From a virus (lineage: Duplodnaviria; Caudoviricetes), in the IMG/VR virus record IMGVR_UViG_3300035520_001173, positions 1 to 64,000 of that record: a stretch of DNA of 64,000 nucleotides; one strand, given 5' to 3'. Made by a program: the position numbers and the translations under genes. Below, piece by piece: positions 27,510-37,140 of this stretch; position 1 is the stretch's first letter, and each line of letters opens with the position of its first letter. The notes under the pieces were generated by a model. The model was not told the origin of the DNA. It was given only the letters and a program-made list of their open reading frames with translations, and did not search any database.

Positions 27510-28916
27510 TTAATCCAAGGTAAAAGTCAGTACCCAATCTGATAAATCATCAGGAATATCTCGTTGCCCTTCGCACATATCAACCCACTCCAAATTCGTA
27601 TCTCTGATAATTTCAAGAAGCTCAAGTAAATCTTCTTCTAATGAACCCGAACCATTTTTACCAAGACTTACAACTGTGTAGTATTGGATTTCATCATTAT
27701 GGTTTTTAATAGCGATTACATATTTGAATAACTTATTATTCATTATGTATTTGACATGTTCGACTGGTATTTTTGTCTCATCTTTGAATAATACCGTAAT
27801 GCTATTCTCCTTACCAATCCTCATAAGATTTTGAACCGAAGGATATTTGTCGATTAATTCTGCAAGAGCTTGCTTAGATTCTTCGTCGCCGTCTATCGAT
27901 TCATTTAATTCACTTTTCTCCCAATCTCCGTGGGAAGCATCTTGAGGTATATATCCCATATCTTTTAAATTTTGTTTTGAATATCTTATACCATTTGTCC
28001 TTGGCATTTTCCAATAGGGAATATCTTTGCTTGTTGATGAAACGTAATTCCTTGGGTCAGAATCTATTTTTCTTCCGCTTTGTTTTGAAAGGTTTGTATA
28101 AAATTCGTTGTTTATACTATCTACTGAATCATCATCAAGTATTTCAATAATTCTAATCTTGTCAACTATGTACCATGTTTGGTCTTTCGTGGCATTCGAA
28201 TTGGTTCTATATTCGTAATATTCACTATCGCCTAACTTTTGTAAGCATTGGTCAGCAGGGGTTTCTGACATAGACCTTGCTTTTTCGGTAGCGTTGATAT
28301 CAACACAAACTTCAACTTTGCCCCATACTTCACTATTTCTTGTGAATTGGTAGTTATTGCCCGTGCCTTTCTTTCCATCTTTGACTTTACCATCCCCACG
28401 CTGATTACCCCATGGAGTTGTGGTCATGTGCCACCCAGGTCTATAGGCTAAATTGTCTATTTTATTGCCATCAGTATCATAACCCCTGCCTACTGTATAT
28501 AAACGATTATTTTCCGTATTGAGCCAACATTCGCCTTCACCACTTTTATACCATTTCCCAAGTTGCAAGCCTTGCGGTAAGCCCATATCTCCTTCACTAT
28601 CTGTTTTTACATAAAGAGGAAATACCATGCCTTTTGAGAGATTATTGCCGTTATTATCCAATCTAAGCTTGAATTGTTTATATAGAATAATTGGCTTTAA
28701 TTTAGGTTGAAAATCGGGTAATTCTTGGTGGGGTGTAGTTCCATGCTGATATTGGTAATAATCATATTCCATATGTTTATCTGAACCTTTGCCCACTGAA
28801 CGGCCTACCCATTTATCTTTAGGGCTTGAAATTCGAAAGTTTTGCCTTTCAGTATCACTCTTCGCTCTATATTCGTCGATAGCTTCTGCTAAAATGTTCT
28901 TAAAAAAATTATTCAT
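27510..28916 (-). CDS. Hypothetical protein with YKQF/FPLYV/LAYRPGWH domain (resembles polyvalent-protein domains)
   Basis: Motif string LYKQFK...FPLYV...GKWYK...LAYRPGWH...VWGKVEV; N-terminus NILAEAIDE; internal LNES. Confidence 0.5.
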   Translation of the reverse strand: MNNFFKNILAEAIDEYRAKSDTERQNFRISSPKDKWVGRSVGKGSDKHMEYDYYQYQHGTTPHQELPDFQPKLKPIILYKQFKLRLDNNGNNLSKGMVFPLYVKTDSEGDMGLPQGLQLGKWYKSGEGECWLNTENNRLYTVGRGYDTDGNKIDNLAYRPGWHMTTTPWGNQRGDGKVKDGKKGTGNNYQFTRNSEVWGKVEVCVDINATEKARSMSETPADQCLQKLGDSEYYEYRTNSNATKDQTWYIVDKIRIIEILDDDSVDSINNEFYTNLSKQSGRKIDSDPRNYVSSTSKDIPYWKMPRTNGIRYSKQNLKDMGYIPQDASHGDWEKSELNESIDGDEESKQALAELIDKYPSVQNLMRIGKENSITVLFKDETKIPVEHVKYIMNNKLFKYVIAIKNHNDEIQYYTVVSLGKNGSGSLEEDLLELLEIIRDTNLEWVDMCEGQRDIPDDLSDWVLTFTLD

Positions 28917-28935
28917 ACTAAAATATACCAGTCAA

Positions 28936-30789
28936 TTATTTAAAAAGCCACATATTAGCTTTATACGCAGTGGCATTAACGTTTTGTTTTTTATCCATAT
29001 ACAACATTAATGGGAAGCTCTTTCCTTGTGAATTATCAGTTCTTATTGGGTTGTCAACTTTTACAATACGATTGTTGATATTAATCATAGATTGTAAAAT
29101 AACCTTGTCTTTTTCTTTAACTTTCATCTGTCTGTTAATAGAAAATTCCATTACAAATAATCCCATAGCAAGGCAGGTCAAAGTGTCATCATGGCAACCA
29201 TCTTTGTGGTCTATACGCCCATTCTTAAAAATCCATGTTGACAATTCATTGATAACCCTTGAACTTCTAATTTTGAATTGATTTGTCTTAACTAAGTTTG
29301 CAAAATTAGACAACATTTGAAAACGGACAGAACTACTATGAAAACCTGGCAAGCCGTCTTTTGTAACCTTAATAGGCGATGCCTCATTCTGAGCTGTGTA
29401 GGTTTTTAGCGTTGGGTCATCATAGTACAAATTGTCATATTTCAGGTTGAGTAAAGTGAGAAGTGTAGCGCTACCATAGCCACCGATATCCTCGACAATG
29501 ATATAAGCTTCATTATAAATCATACCGTAATTATAAGCGATTTCGCCAACAGCGTCACCTGTAAGTTTTCCGTTATATTCGGCTACTTGTTCAATAACAG
29601 GCATTCCATTTTCATCTACACCGTCAATATCAATAATTTCAAGTGCCGTGGCATCGTCTGAACCGCCAGTGGAGTTGTCAATAGACATTAGATATCTATG
29701 TCCTTCAATGGGTAGTTTCCATATCCATAATTCATCCAAAACGTTATCTTTGTATTCTGGATTTGGTTCTCTAACATTGAGGGTTCTTTGCATTTCAATA
29801 AATTCAGGGGCAACTACAGTAGAATCAGAACCAAGAAATGATACGTCGAGCTCTTGTGCTATCTTTTGAGAATTGTTGTTAAATTTCTCACACATCCCAA
29901 CATACCAAGGAGAACGAGGTTTATAGCCCTTTGAAAGCATATCATTCCAATGCTCATCGTTCCACTCGATATTACCTTTATCGTCTAAGGTTTGTTCCTT
30001 TACGATATCGTATTCGCCTGTTTCATCATTCTTTTTAGTCCATTCCAAGAATTTGTTATAACGTGGGTCTTGATACCATCGCATCTCAACACAAGTATAA
30101 CCATTTTTATTCTCTAATGCTTGACGATAAGTTTCGTAATACAATTGGTCTTTACCATTAGGAGTAGAAATCATTACAATGTGGCCACCTGTTGAAACGG
30201 TAGCTACGGCTGACGAATAAACGTCTTTGCCATTCTCAATGAATGCAGCCTCATCGAATATGAGCCAAGAAACACCACCAACACCACGAGAAGCATCAGG
30301 GCCTGAAGAACGGGCTACAATTCTACAACCATTAGTCAAAACTAATTCTTTTGTATTACAAATTTTGTATATGGACTTTTTATTCTTATCTGATTTTTCA
30401 TCTTCAGACCAATAATCTGTTCCGAAAAACCATCTTGGAAATTGATTGATAAAGTCACGAATTTTTGTGACCATTTGTTGTGCAAGGTCAAGAGTGTTGC
30501 CAATAACGAGAATAGTAAGAGGGGATTCGGGGTCTGCAAGAACACATTCGCAGGCCATAAATGCACCTGTTGTAGTTGTAATACCACTCTGACGTGGTTT
30601 AAGAGTAATAATGTTACTGCCAATACTCAATGTTTGACAAAGTGCTTGTTGCCTTGGAAATAAATTATATCGGACTTCTCGTTTTTGAGTTGCGTCATAA
30701 GTTTTCAGATAATTTGAAATCATGTAGATTCTTGTTTTATCTGAAAGACATTTAACATATTCTTCTGATATATGATTAATATCTACCAT
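28936..30789 (-). CDS. terL: Terminase large subunit
   Basis: LKPRQSGITT (Walker A), WLIFDEAAF (Walker B), MISTPNG, nuclease motifs MSIDNSTG and HDDTL. Confidence 0.95.
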   Translation of the reverse strand: MVDINHISEEYVKCLSDKTRIYMISNYLKTYDATQKREVRYNLFPRQQALCQTLSIGSNIITLKPRQSGITTTTGAFMACECVLADPESPLTILVIGNTLDLAQQMVTKIRDFINQFPRWFFGTDYWSEDEKSDKNKKSIYKICNTKELVLTNGCRIVARSSGPDASRGVGGVSWLIFDEAAFIENGKDVYSSAVATVSTGGHIVMISTPNGKDQLYYETYRQALENKNGYTCVEMRWYQDPRYNKFLEWTKKNDETGEYDIVKEQTLDDKGNIEWNDEHWNDMLSKGYKPRSPWYVGMCEKFNNNSQKIAQELDVSFLGSDSTVVAPEFIEMQRTLNVREPNPEYKDNVLDELWIWKLPIEGHRYLMSIDNSTGGSDDATALEIIDIDGVDENGMPVIEQVAEYNGKLTGDAVGEIAYNYGMIYNEAYIIVEDIGGYGSATLLTLLNLKYDNLYYDDPTLKTYTAQNEASPIKVTKDGLPGFHSSSVRFQMLSNFANLVKTNQFKIRSSRVINELSTWIFKNGRIDHKDGCHDDTLTCLAMGLFVMEFSINRQMKVKEKDKVILQSMININNRIVKVDNPIRTDNSQGKSFPLMLYMDKKQNVNATAYKANMWLFK

Positions 30790-30900
30790 GTTAATCTATG
30801 AAGTTATCTATACTATAAATAGTCCCTAATTCTCTATTTAGCTTGATTAATTGACGATTAAGAGGTATTTATTAAAGAAGAAAGATTAATCTAAATAAAC

Positions 30901-32925
30901 ATGCTTAGAGAGATTAAAGAAGATTTAGCATCCATGTATTCCCTTATGGAGAGGATGGATAAACATATGACATCATTCCAAGCCGAATTCAACAAAGACA
31001 ATTATCTGAATGAAGCTTTATATGAGATAGATTCTAATGGACATTTACAACCTCGTGCCAATATCGCTATGCAGGCCGACCAAAGTAAAATGCTTAGGCA
31101 AATTAAAATAACAATTGGCCCTCTTTATCCACAAGATATTACAAGTGTTGTTCAACGTTTTGCAAGAATGAAAGGTGATACTAATTGCCAAGCTGTTACT
31201 TTAAAGAGTGGCGGTAAAGGAGTGGCCCTTGTTAAATCAATTCCTTTCAATGGACGACGTGGTAAAAAATTACCTGAACCAACCGTAGATGACGCCACCG
31301 ACACACAAGCTACTCCTGTAAATCAACCACAGCTGCAGGACCAACCTCAACAACAAACTGCGCAGCCTGATGTTTCGAGTAATGCAATGGCTGCTACGCC
31401 TAAAGTCACAGGTTCATTGAGTAGTAAACTGTTGAATAGATTGCGTAATCGCAATACAAACAATGGAACTAATAACAATGGTAGTGTGCTAAACGAAATC
31501 TCTTTAGCACAAAGATTGGCTGCGAAAGTTCAACCTCAACAACAAGTACAAAACACTGCACTGCAAGCTGCTCAAACACAAACCATTGATACCCAACAAA
31601 GTGCGGCTCCGTCTGATAGTTTAAAGGGTACGGATGCTTCTATCTATTCATGGCTTCAAGGCGGATATATGGATGCGGTAAATATTATCGCTAAAAATAG
31701 GTCTTACGACCAATCTGCAATCGCTGAATTAAAGAACATCAATAAAATATACAATAAGATTTGCGGAGAGCCTACATCTGATGAAAAACTTTATGGCCAA
31801 ATTAGCCAAGAAAATATCATAAATGAAATTGGCACTGCTATAAAAAATGGTGATTGGGCTAACAATATCCCTCAAATTGTTGCTAATATGGGTATTAATC
31901 CTGCCAATATAGAGTCAATTATTTATGGCAATATTCTTTCTCATAAGAACACTGCTATTATCACTAATATTTGTGCGGATGCAGGCATTAAACCTGGTGA
32001 CCCTAATTTCCCAACTTTGGTGTATGCCCCTGGTGTATGGTTAGAGAAGTTCAACCGTAGGATTGTGGACAATCCTAAGATGAGATATCCTATTTTTACC
32101 CCAAAGGCAATAAGTGGTAAGGGCACTTCTTTAGGTAAGGGTACAGCAGGCCACGTACAAGCATTTGCTACTAATACTAATGGCTTTCAACAAGTAATTG
32201 CATATGATATTTCAGACACAGAGCCTGCTGACCCCAATGATACTACTGACTACATCAACGGTATGCCAGGTATTTTGAATTCATTCACAGGTGAATTGAA
32301 TAATGCTGCAATTCAAGATAAAGCTGAGCGTATGGCTTCTAAAGAAGCTAAATTAACCGACGCACAAAAAGAACTTATTACAAAAGCGGGTACCGATGAA
32401 GGTAAGGCTGAAATTTTCAACGATGCATTAATGAGTTTTGTTTCGGCTAATAAAAAACTTGGTTCTCTCAAATTTGCAGACGTTGCCAATTCTCAAAACC
32501 CTGTAGCTGATTATGTTCAGAATGTTGTTACAATGGCTAATTTCTTCGTAACAGAATTAGGCTTTGCCAATCCCGAAATTATCAAGCCCATGGTTGCTGT
32601 ATCTTCTTTTGCTATTTGCCACTACACTATTGGCGAATCGGCAGCTTTAGCTGTGTGCGGTTATAGCAATTACACTATTACACCTCAAAAATTGCATAAA
32701 GAATGGAAAGAAAACGTTAATAATGTGATTAAATTTATTGATAATGTTATTAACCAAATTCAAAGTTATCTTTCTGTAATCTGCACAGGTGAATCTTCAG
32801 AAGATAACACCCAAAATCAGAAAGTTATTGCCCCTGCTGTCGCCCCAAGTGCTCAACCTGTGAATGAATCCAAAAATAATATTTATTCAGAGATTGAAGC
32901 TCTGTTAGAAGAATTCATGAGATAA
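30901..32925 (+). CDS. Late protein with an ArdC-N-like (ssDNA-binding anti-restriction) region
   Basis: N..II...PTLVY...VWLEKFNRRIV...IFTP...F..VIAYDISDTE (about 31930-32225); Gln-rich linkers; LNE/VNE sites; late motif at 30866. Confidence 0.45.
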   Translation: MLREIKEDLASMYSLMERMDKHMTSFQAEFNKDNYLNEALYEIDSNGHLQPRANIAMQADQSKMLRQIKITIGPLYPQDITSVVQRFARMKGDTNCQAVTLKSGGKGVALVKSIPFNGRRGKKLPEPTVDDATDTQATPVNQPQLQDQPQQQTAQPDVSSNAMAATPKVTGSLSSKLLNRLRNRNTNNGTNNNGSVLNEISLAQRLAAKVQPQQQVQNTALQAAQTQTIDTQQSAAPSDSLKGTDASIYSWLQGGYMDAVNIIAKNRSYDQSAIAELKNINKIYNKICGEPTSDEKLYGQISQENIINEIGTAIKNGDWANNIPQIVANMGINPANIESIIYGNILSHKNTAIITNICADAGIKPGDPNFPTLVYAPGVWLEKFNRRIVDNPKMRYPIFTPKAISGKGTSLGKGTAGHVQAFATNTNGFQQVIAYDISDTEPADPNDTTDYINGMPGILNSFTGELNNAAIQDKAERMASKEAKLTDAQKELITKAGTDEGKAEIFNDALMSFVSANKKLGSLKFADVANSQNPVADYVQNVVTMANFFVTELGFANPEIIKPMVAVSSFAICHYTIGESAALAVCGYSNYTITPQKLHKEWKENVNNVIKFIDNVINQIQSYLSVICTGESSEDNTQNQKVIAPAVAPSAQPVNESKNNIYSEIEALLEEFMR

Positions 32926-32930
32926 GTTTT

Positions 32931-35267
32931 ATGCAAGATAAATTTTCATTCTTAAAACAAAAAATAAACGAATCTATTTCAGAATTATCAAGTGATTATG
33001 ATAACTTTGATGATTACAAAAAAGGGGTTTCAAATTCTCAATGTTTTGTATATAGTCAAGTAGATTCTGAAAGTATTCCTAATATATGCCGAAATGGTAC
33101 TGATGGAGCTAAGGAATTCGTTAACACAATGATAAGGGGTCGTGGTATATATACAGTTTTGACTCTTAAGGAAGCATTAAGCTATAATAGATGTGATGCG
33201 ATTGTTAAATATGCTGTCAGAAAAGGTGCCTGCAATAATTTTTTAATATTCGATGGCGCTTTAAAAAAAGCTCTCAAAGATATGGGTGCATTAACAATTG
33301 ATGAAACTTTTTCTCAAACTTGCCGTCGTTTATTCGACGACGGAATGTATAACTATTTAGACAAGCATCTTCATGGTGGGTTTAAAGGCTATGATGAAAA
33401 AATAAACAGTTGTAAAGAACTCTGTAAAAGCGGCCATGAACATAGCCCAAGTGACAGTTTACAAGCTTCATTTCTTTACCTGATAACACAAGGCGAAGAC
33501 CGCATTGAGCTTAGAAAGGGAAAATCTTTTAGCTCTGAACGGCGTTTGGACATTTCCAATGTAGATGGATGGGCATTCCATTACGGATATGGTAACACGT
33601 TGGTTTTTAGGACAACCGACTTAATAATGCCTATTAGCTATTGCCTTAACCCACGAAGTTCTAATCCAAAATGGGAATATTGTTTTAAGAACCCCGAAAG
33701 TTTTGACTATGCAAACAATAGAATAGATGCATTTAGACGGGCAAGGCTAAAATATCCTGATACAAACTATACCGAAAAAACAGTTTGTGGCTTTTCGTTA
33801 GTAAAAAACGGCAATAAGTTTAATTTGATGAGTGCTCGTGATGGCTCATATTTTTCGCCTATTGATTTTGATTCTTGTACAGTGTTTGACCCGATTGACA
33901 ATGAGGCTGCATTTACAATAAAGTCAGAAGAGGACAATGTACTTATCAAGTTTATTATTAAATCAGAAAATTATGGCAAGCGTATTCAATTGTATTGCAG
34001 TTTTCCTGATGAAAGTGGTGAGTATTCAAGCTTTGATGAGATATCATATGATACCTTTTTAGAGGTAATGAATAGCGTTGAATCCGAACCAAGTGTAGTT
34101 AACGAGTCTGTTGAAGAAGTATATACTCACAAGGATTTTAATACATTCAAAAAAGGTCTAAATAACCCGAAAAATGTTATTTTATATCGTGCTTCAGAGC
34201 CACCAGTTGCTAAAAGTGAGTATGAAAACGGCCCTAACTATGAATATACTGGTACTGGTGGGGACGATAGTCTTTATTATGGTTTTGGAGTTTATACTGT
34301 TAGGAATCCGAGAAGCATACTTGGTGGAAAATACGGGTATGGAATTTGCAAATATATTCTAAAGGACGGATATAAAGATTTTATCATCTTTGATGATAGG
34401 GTAAGGGCGATACATGACCCAGGAGCTACTGTTTACGATGAGCTTGTTAGGTTGGTGCCTGAGAATATATTAAAAATTATTGATAAAAAACTTAAAACTG
34501 ATACTCCATATGTGCGTAATGGCCCTACACGAAGGCAACTCGCAAAATATGGCGTTGAAGGATATAAGAATATCAGTATATCTCCGATGGGTGACATCTT
34601 TAATACAGCTAGTTTTGCCCGTGCCCTATACCTCACTCTCCAAGGCCGCAATTTGGGTGATAGTCTGGCTAAACATGCATTCCAAGAAATCCTTATGACA
34701 AAAACAAAAATCAGAGGTTTCGTTTATAATGGAGGTGCTGATGGTGAATGCACATACGTCAGAGATTTTAACTCATTGATGCCTATTGCATATTCTATGG
34801 ATGGTGGAAAGCATTGGATAAGTGAGGATGACAATGAAGAAAGATTTAACAAAATCAACCGAAAAGTTCATCCGTGGTATCAATATAGAGGCGAATATGA
34901 AAATATTAAGTTAAGAGATAAGCCTGTTGGCAATTTTTCATTGGTTAGTGGTAAACAAGGCTATAACTACAAAGATATTTGGTTTCATAGACCTTTATTA
35001 CCTATAGACGTTGAAACCGCAACAAATTTTGACCCCCTATCGGATACTGCTACTTTCAATTTCTGTGGTTTTGAATTTGAAATTAGCGTGGATGATGATA
35101 TGAATGCAACTCTTTTCTTCCGTGATGATGATGGTAGTTTTAAAGAATGTTCTTATAATGATTTAATGGAACTTATTGAAACGGCTAAGCAAGAGAATAT
35201 AATTTCTAAAGACGTAAAGATATATCAAAATAATCTTCTTAACCCTAACAATGATAGAAAAAAATAA
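32931..35267 (+). CDS. Tandemly duplicated ADP-ribosyltransferase-like protein
   Basis: Two similar halves of about 390 aa. Half 2: LYRAS...YYGFGVYT...YG..ICKY...FIIFD...GFVY...DGECTYV. Half 1 is degenerate (VYSQV...GRGIYTV). Confidence 0.5.
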   Translation: MQDKFSFLKQKINESISELSSDYDNFDDYKKGVSNSQCFVYSQVDSESIPNICRNGTDGAKEFVNTMIRGRGIYTVLTLKEALSYNRCDAIVKYAVRKGACNNFLIFDGALKKALKDMGALTIDETFSQTCRRLFDDGMYNYLDKHLHGGFKGYDEKINSCKELCKSGHEHSPSDSLQASFLYLITQGEDRIELRKGKSFSSERRLDISNVDGWAFHYGYGNTLVFRTTDLIMPISYCLNPRSSNPKWEYCFKNPESFDYANNRIDAFRRARLKYPDTNYTEKTVCGFSLVKNGNKFNLMSARDGSYFSPIDFDSCTVFDPIDNEAAFTIKSEEDNVLIKFIIKSENYGKRIQLYCSFPDESGEYSSFDEISYDTFLEVMNSVESEPSVVNESVEEVYTHKDFNTFKKGLNNPKNVILYRASEPPVAKSEYENGPNYEYTGTGGDDSLYYGFGVYTVRNPRSILGGKYGYGICKYILKDGYKDFIIFDDRVRAIHDPGATVYDELVRLVPENILKIIDKKLKTDTPYVRNGPTRRQLAKYGVEGYKNISISPMGDIFNTASFARALYLTLQGRNLGDSLAKHAFQEILMTKTKIRGFVYNGGADGECTYVRDFNSLMPIAYSMDGGKHWISEDDNEERFNKINRKVHPWYQYRGEYENIKLRDKPVGNFSLVSGKQGYNYKDIWFHRPLLPIDVETATNFDPLSDTATFNFCGFEFEISVDDDMNATLFFRDDDGSFKECSYNDLMELIETAKQENIISKDVKIYQNNLLNPNNDRKK

Positions 35268-36169
35268 TGAGAAACATTTTATTGACTGAATCTCAGCTTA
35301 TTCATATAATGTGTGAAGGGGTTCATGTAACGAGAAGCAAACAAACTTATGGAGATTTAATTCTTGATTTAATACCTATAGAACAGCAACTTAATAGTGT
35401 TAACTTGTCTTTATTCCTTAACGCTCAATCTGTTAATGAACTGCAAGAGGTTGCTGAATATATAGATACTTTAACAAGCAAAAAGAAACAACAAGCAATT
35501 AATGAATTTTTAACCACTGATTATTTCAAGGATAATGAGGCTGTTGCTTTTGCTGAATCAAGAATACGGAAAATTCCAATTAGAGGTGTGAACAAATATT
35601 CAAACGCCCTTTCTGATTTGGTAAAACCTGATATGGTTTCAAGAGAGAAAGAACGTGCTTCAAGACATGATGCAAATTTAAGCATGGGGGAAAAGATAAT
35701 TAGGAATACATTGGCCACAAAAGACATTAATTTCAATAAAAAGTTTCCCATGCAAATGCCTGATGCATACAACTATTTTGATAAGTGGGAAGGTGGTGAA
35801 TTACCGATTGACGCAACTCAGTATGGAAATATTGAGGAATTAAATACAGCTTTGCAACCTTATTTTGAGAAATCAAAAGGCTATCAAAAATACATGACAA
35901 TCGTTAACCTATGTAAGAAATATAGCAAAGAGGGCACATCAGCGTCTGCTGTCAGATATGTTTATGATGGAGATTCTGTCTATTTCCCAGCTAAAACTAA
36001 AATTGAATTATCAACAACAAGGGCTAATACTGTAGGTAAATTTACAGTTATACCTAATGGGTTAAAAGAGGTACGAAGTGGTATAAGGACTCTTGGATTT
36101 GATTGCGGTGCATTGAATATTTCGGGTGAAGATAAATCTAATATGACTATTTATTTCAAAGTTTCGTAA
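35267..36169 (+). CDS. Hypothetical protein with N-terminal tag
   Basis: MRNILLTESQLIHIMCEG. Confidence 0.55.
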   Translation: MRNILLTESQLIHIMCEGVHVTRSKQTYGDLILDLIPIEQQLNSVNLSLFLNAQSVNELQEVAEYIDTLTSKKKQQAINEFLTTDYFKDNEAVAFAESRIRKIPIRGVNKYSNALSDLVKPDMVSREKERASRHDANLSMGEKIIRNTLATKDINFNKKFPMQMPDAYNYFDKWEGGELPIDATQYGNIEELNTALQPYFEKSKGYQKYMTIVNLCKKYSKEGTSASAVRYVYDGDSVYFPAKTKIELSTTRANTVGKFTVIPNGLKEVRSGIRTLGFDCGALNISGEDKSNMTIYFKVS

Positions 36170-36243
36170 TTTATAAAAAATACTAATAAAAAAAAGGAAG
36201 TCTATTAAGATTTCCTTTTTATTTTATTGAATTGCCTAATTAT

Positions 36244-37047
36244 TTAGTAGCCTGAAGTGTCTACATTTGAATATAAGATGAATTTACCATCGGGATTGAA
36301 GTGGACTGTTTGAAAGAAGCCCTTATCGGGAAAGAAGTTTCTATTTCCTCTTTTATCATTTTCAGCATCAAATACCATTAAGTCTTTTACCATTTCGGGG
36401 ATATAATTCATATAACCATCCTTAATCATAATATGAAGTCCGCCACTTGGTGAAGTAAATTCTCTTTCGATAATATCGGGGCCATAACTATTAATTATAG
36501 CTTTAGTTATACGCCATACTCGTTTATCTTTTGTGTCAATATCAAGCATACAACGTTTTCTATCGGGGAAATTAACTGGGTCATGTTTGGCTTGTCCTGC
36601 TAATATTTCGGCAGCATGTACTGCACGTGGGTCGTTAGGGTCTTTAGAACGCTTTTGATAAGTAGGAATAAAGGCGTTAATTGCTGACTCTGAACGTGGA
36701 TTTGAAGTTATATAGGCTCTTGCATTATTATCATCGCAATATTGTACTATTTTTGGTTTCAAATTCATTAAATCTTGAGCAGTTTTTACCTTAAATGCTG
36801 TGCCTTTAGAATATTCTCCGAATTCACCGCCGCCATGGTAATTACCTGCTTTAGACATTCCTTTATTATCTTTATAACGTTTAATAACTTGGACAAAGAA
36901 GAATTGGTCTGGGTCTGTGCAATTCATTAATTTTGCCCATTCGTCAAAATAATCCACTTTATTCCTAACTTCTTGAAGTAGCTGTTCTTTAAGAACCTCT
37001 CTAATAACAGAGCGGAGTTCGGATTCGTTTATTTTTAATCTTTTCAT
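36244..37047 (-). CDS. AEP (archaeo-eukaryotic primase) superfamily-like protein with N-terminal tag
   Basis: The sequence reads on the minus strand; MLDIDTKD (DxD) and TSPSGGLHI motifs; N-terminus KINESELRSVIREVLKE; late motif at 37075-81. Confidence 0.5.
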   Translation of the reverse strand: MKRLKINESELRSVIREVLKEQLLQEVRNKVDYFDEWAKLMNCTDPDQFFFVQVIKRYKDNKGMSKAGNYHGGGEFGEYSKGTAFKVKTAQDLMNLKPKIVQYCDDNNARAYITSNPRSESAINAFIPTYQKRSKDPNDPRAVHAAEILAGQAKHDPVNFPDRKRCMLDIDTKDKRVWRITKAIINSYGPDIIEREFTSPSGGLHIMIKDGYMNYIPEMVKDLMVFDAENDKRGNRNFFPDKGFFQTVHFNPDGKFILYSNVDTSGY

Positions 37048-37140
37048 TTTTTAAATTCAAAAAGTACTTTAATAATAAATACTTTTTAATTGAACAATAG
37101 AGCTTTCTCCAGTATTTATTATTAAACAAATTAGTTTGCA

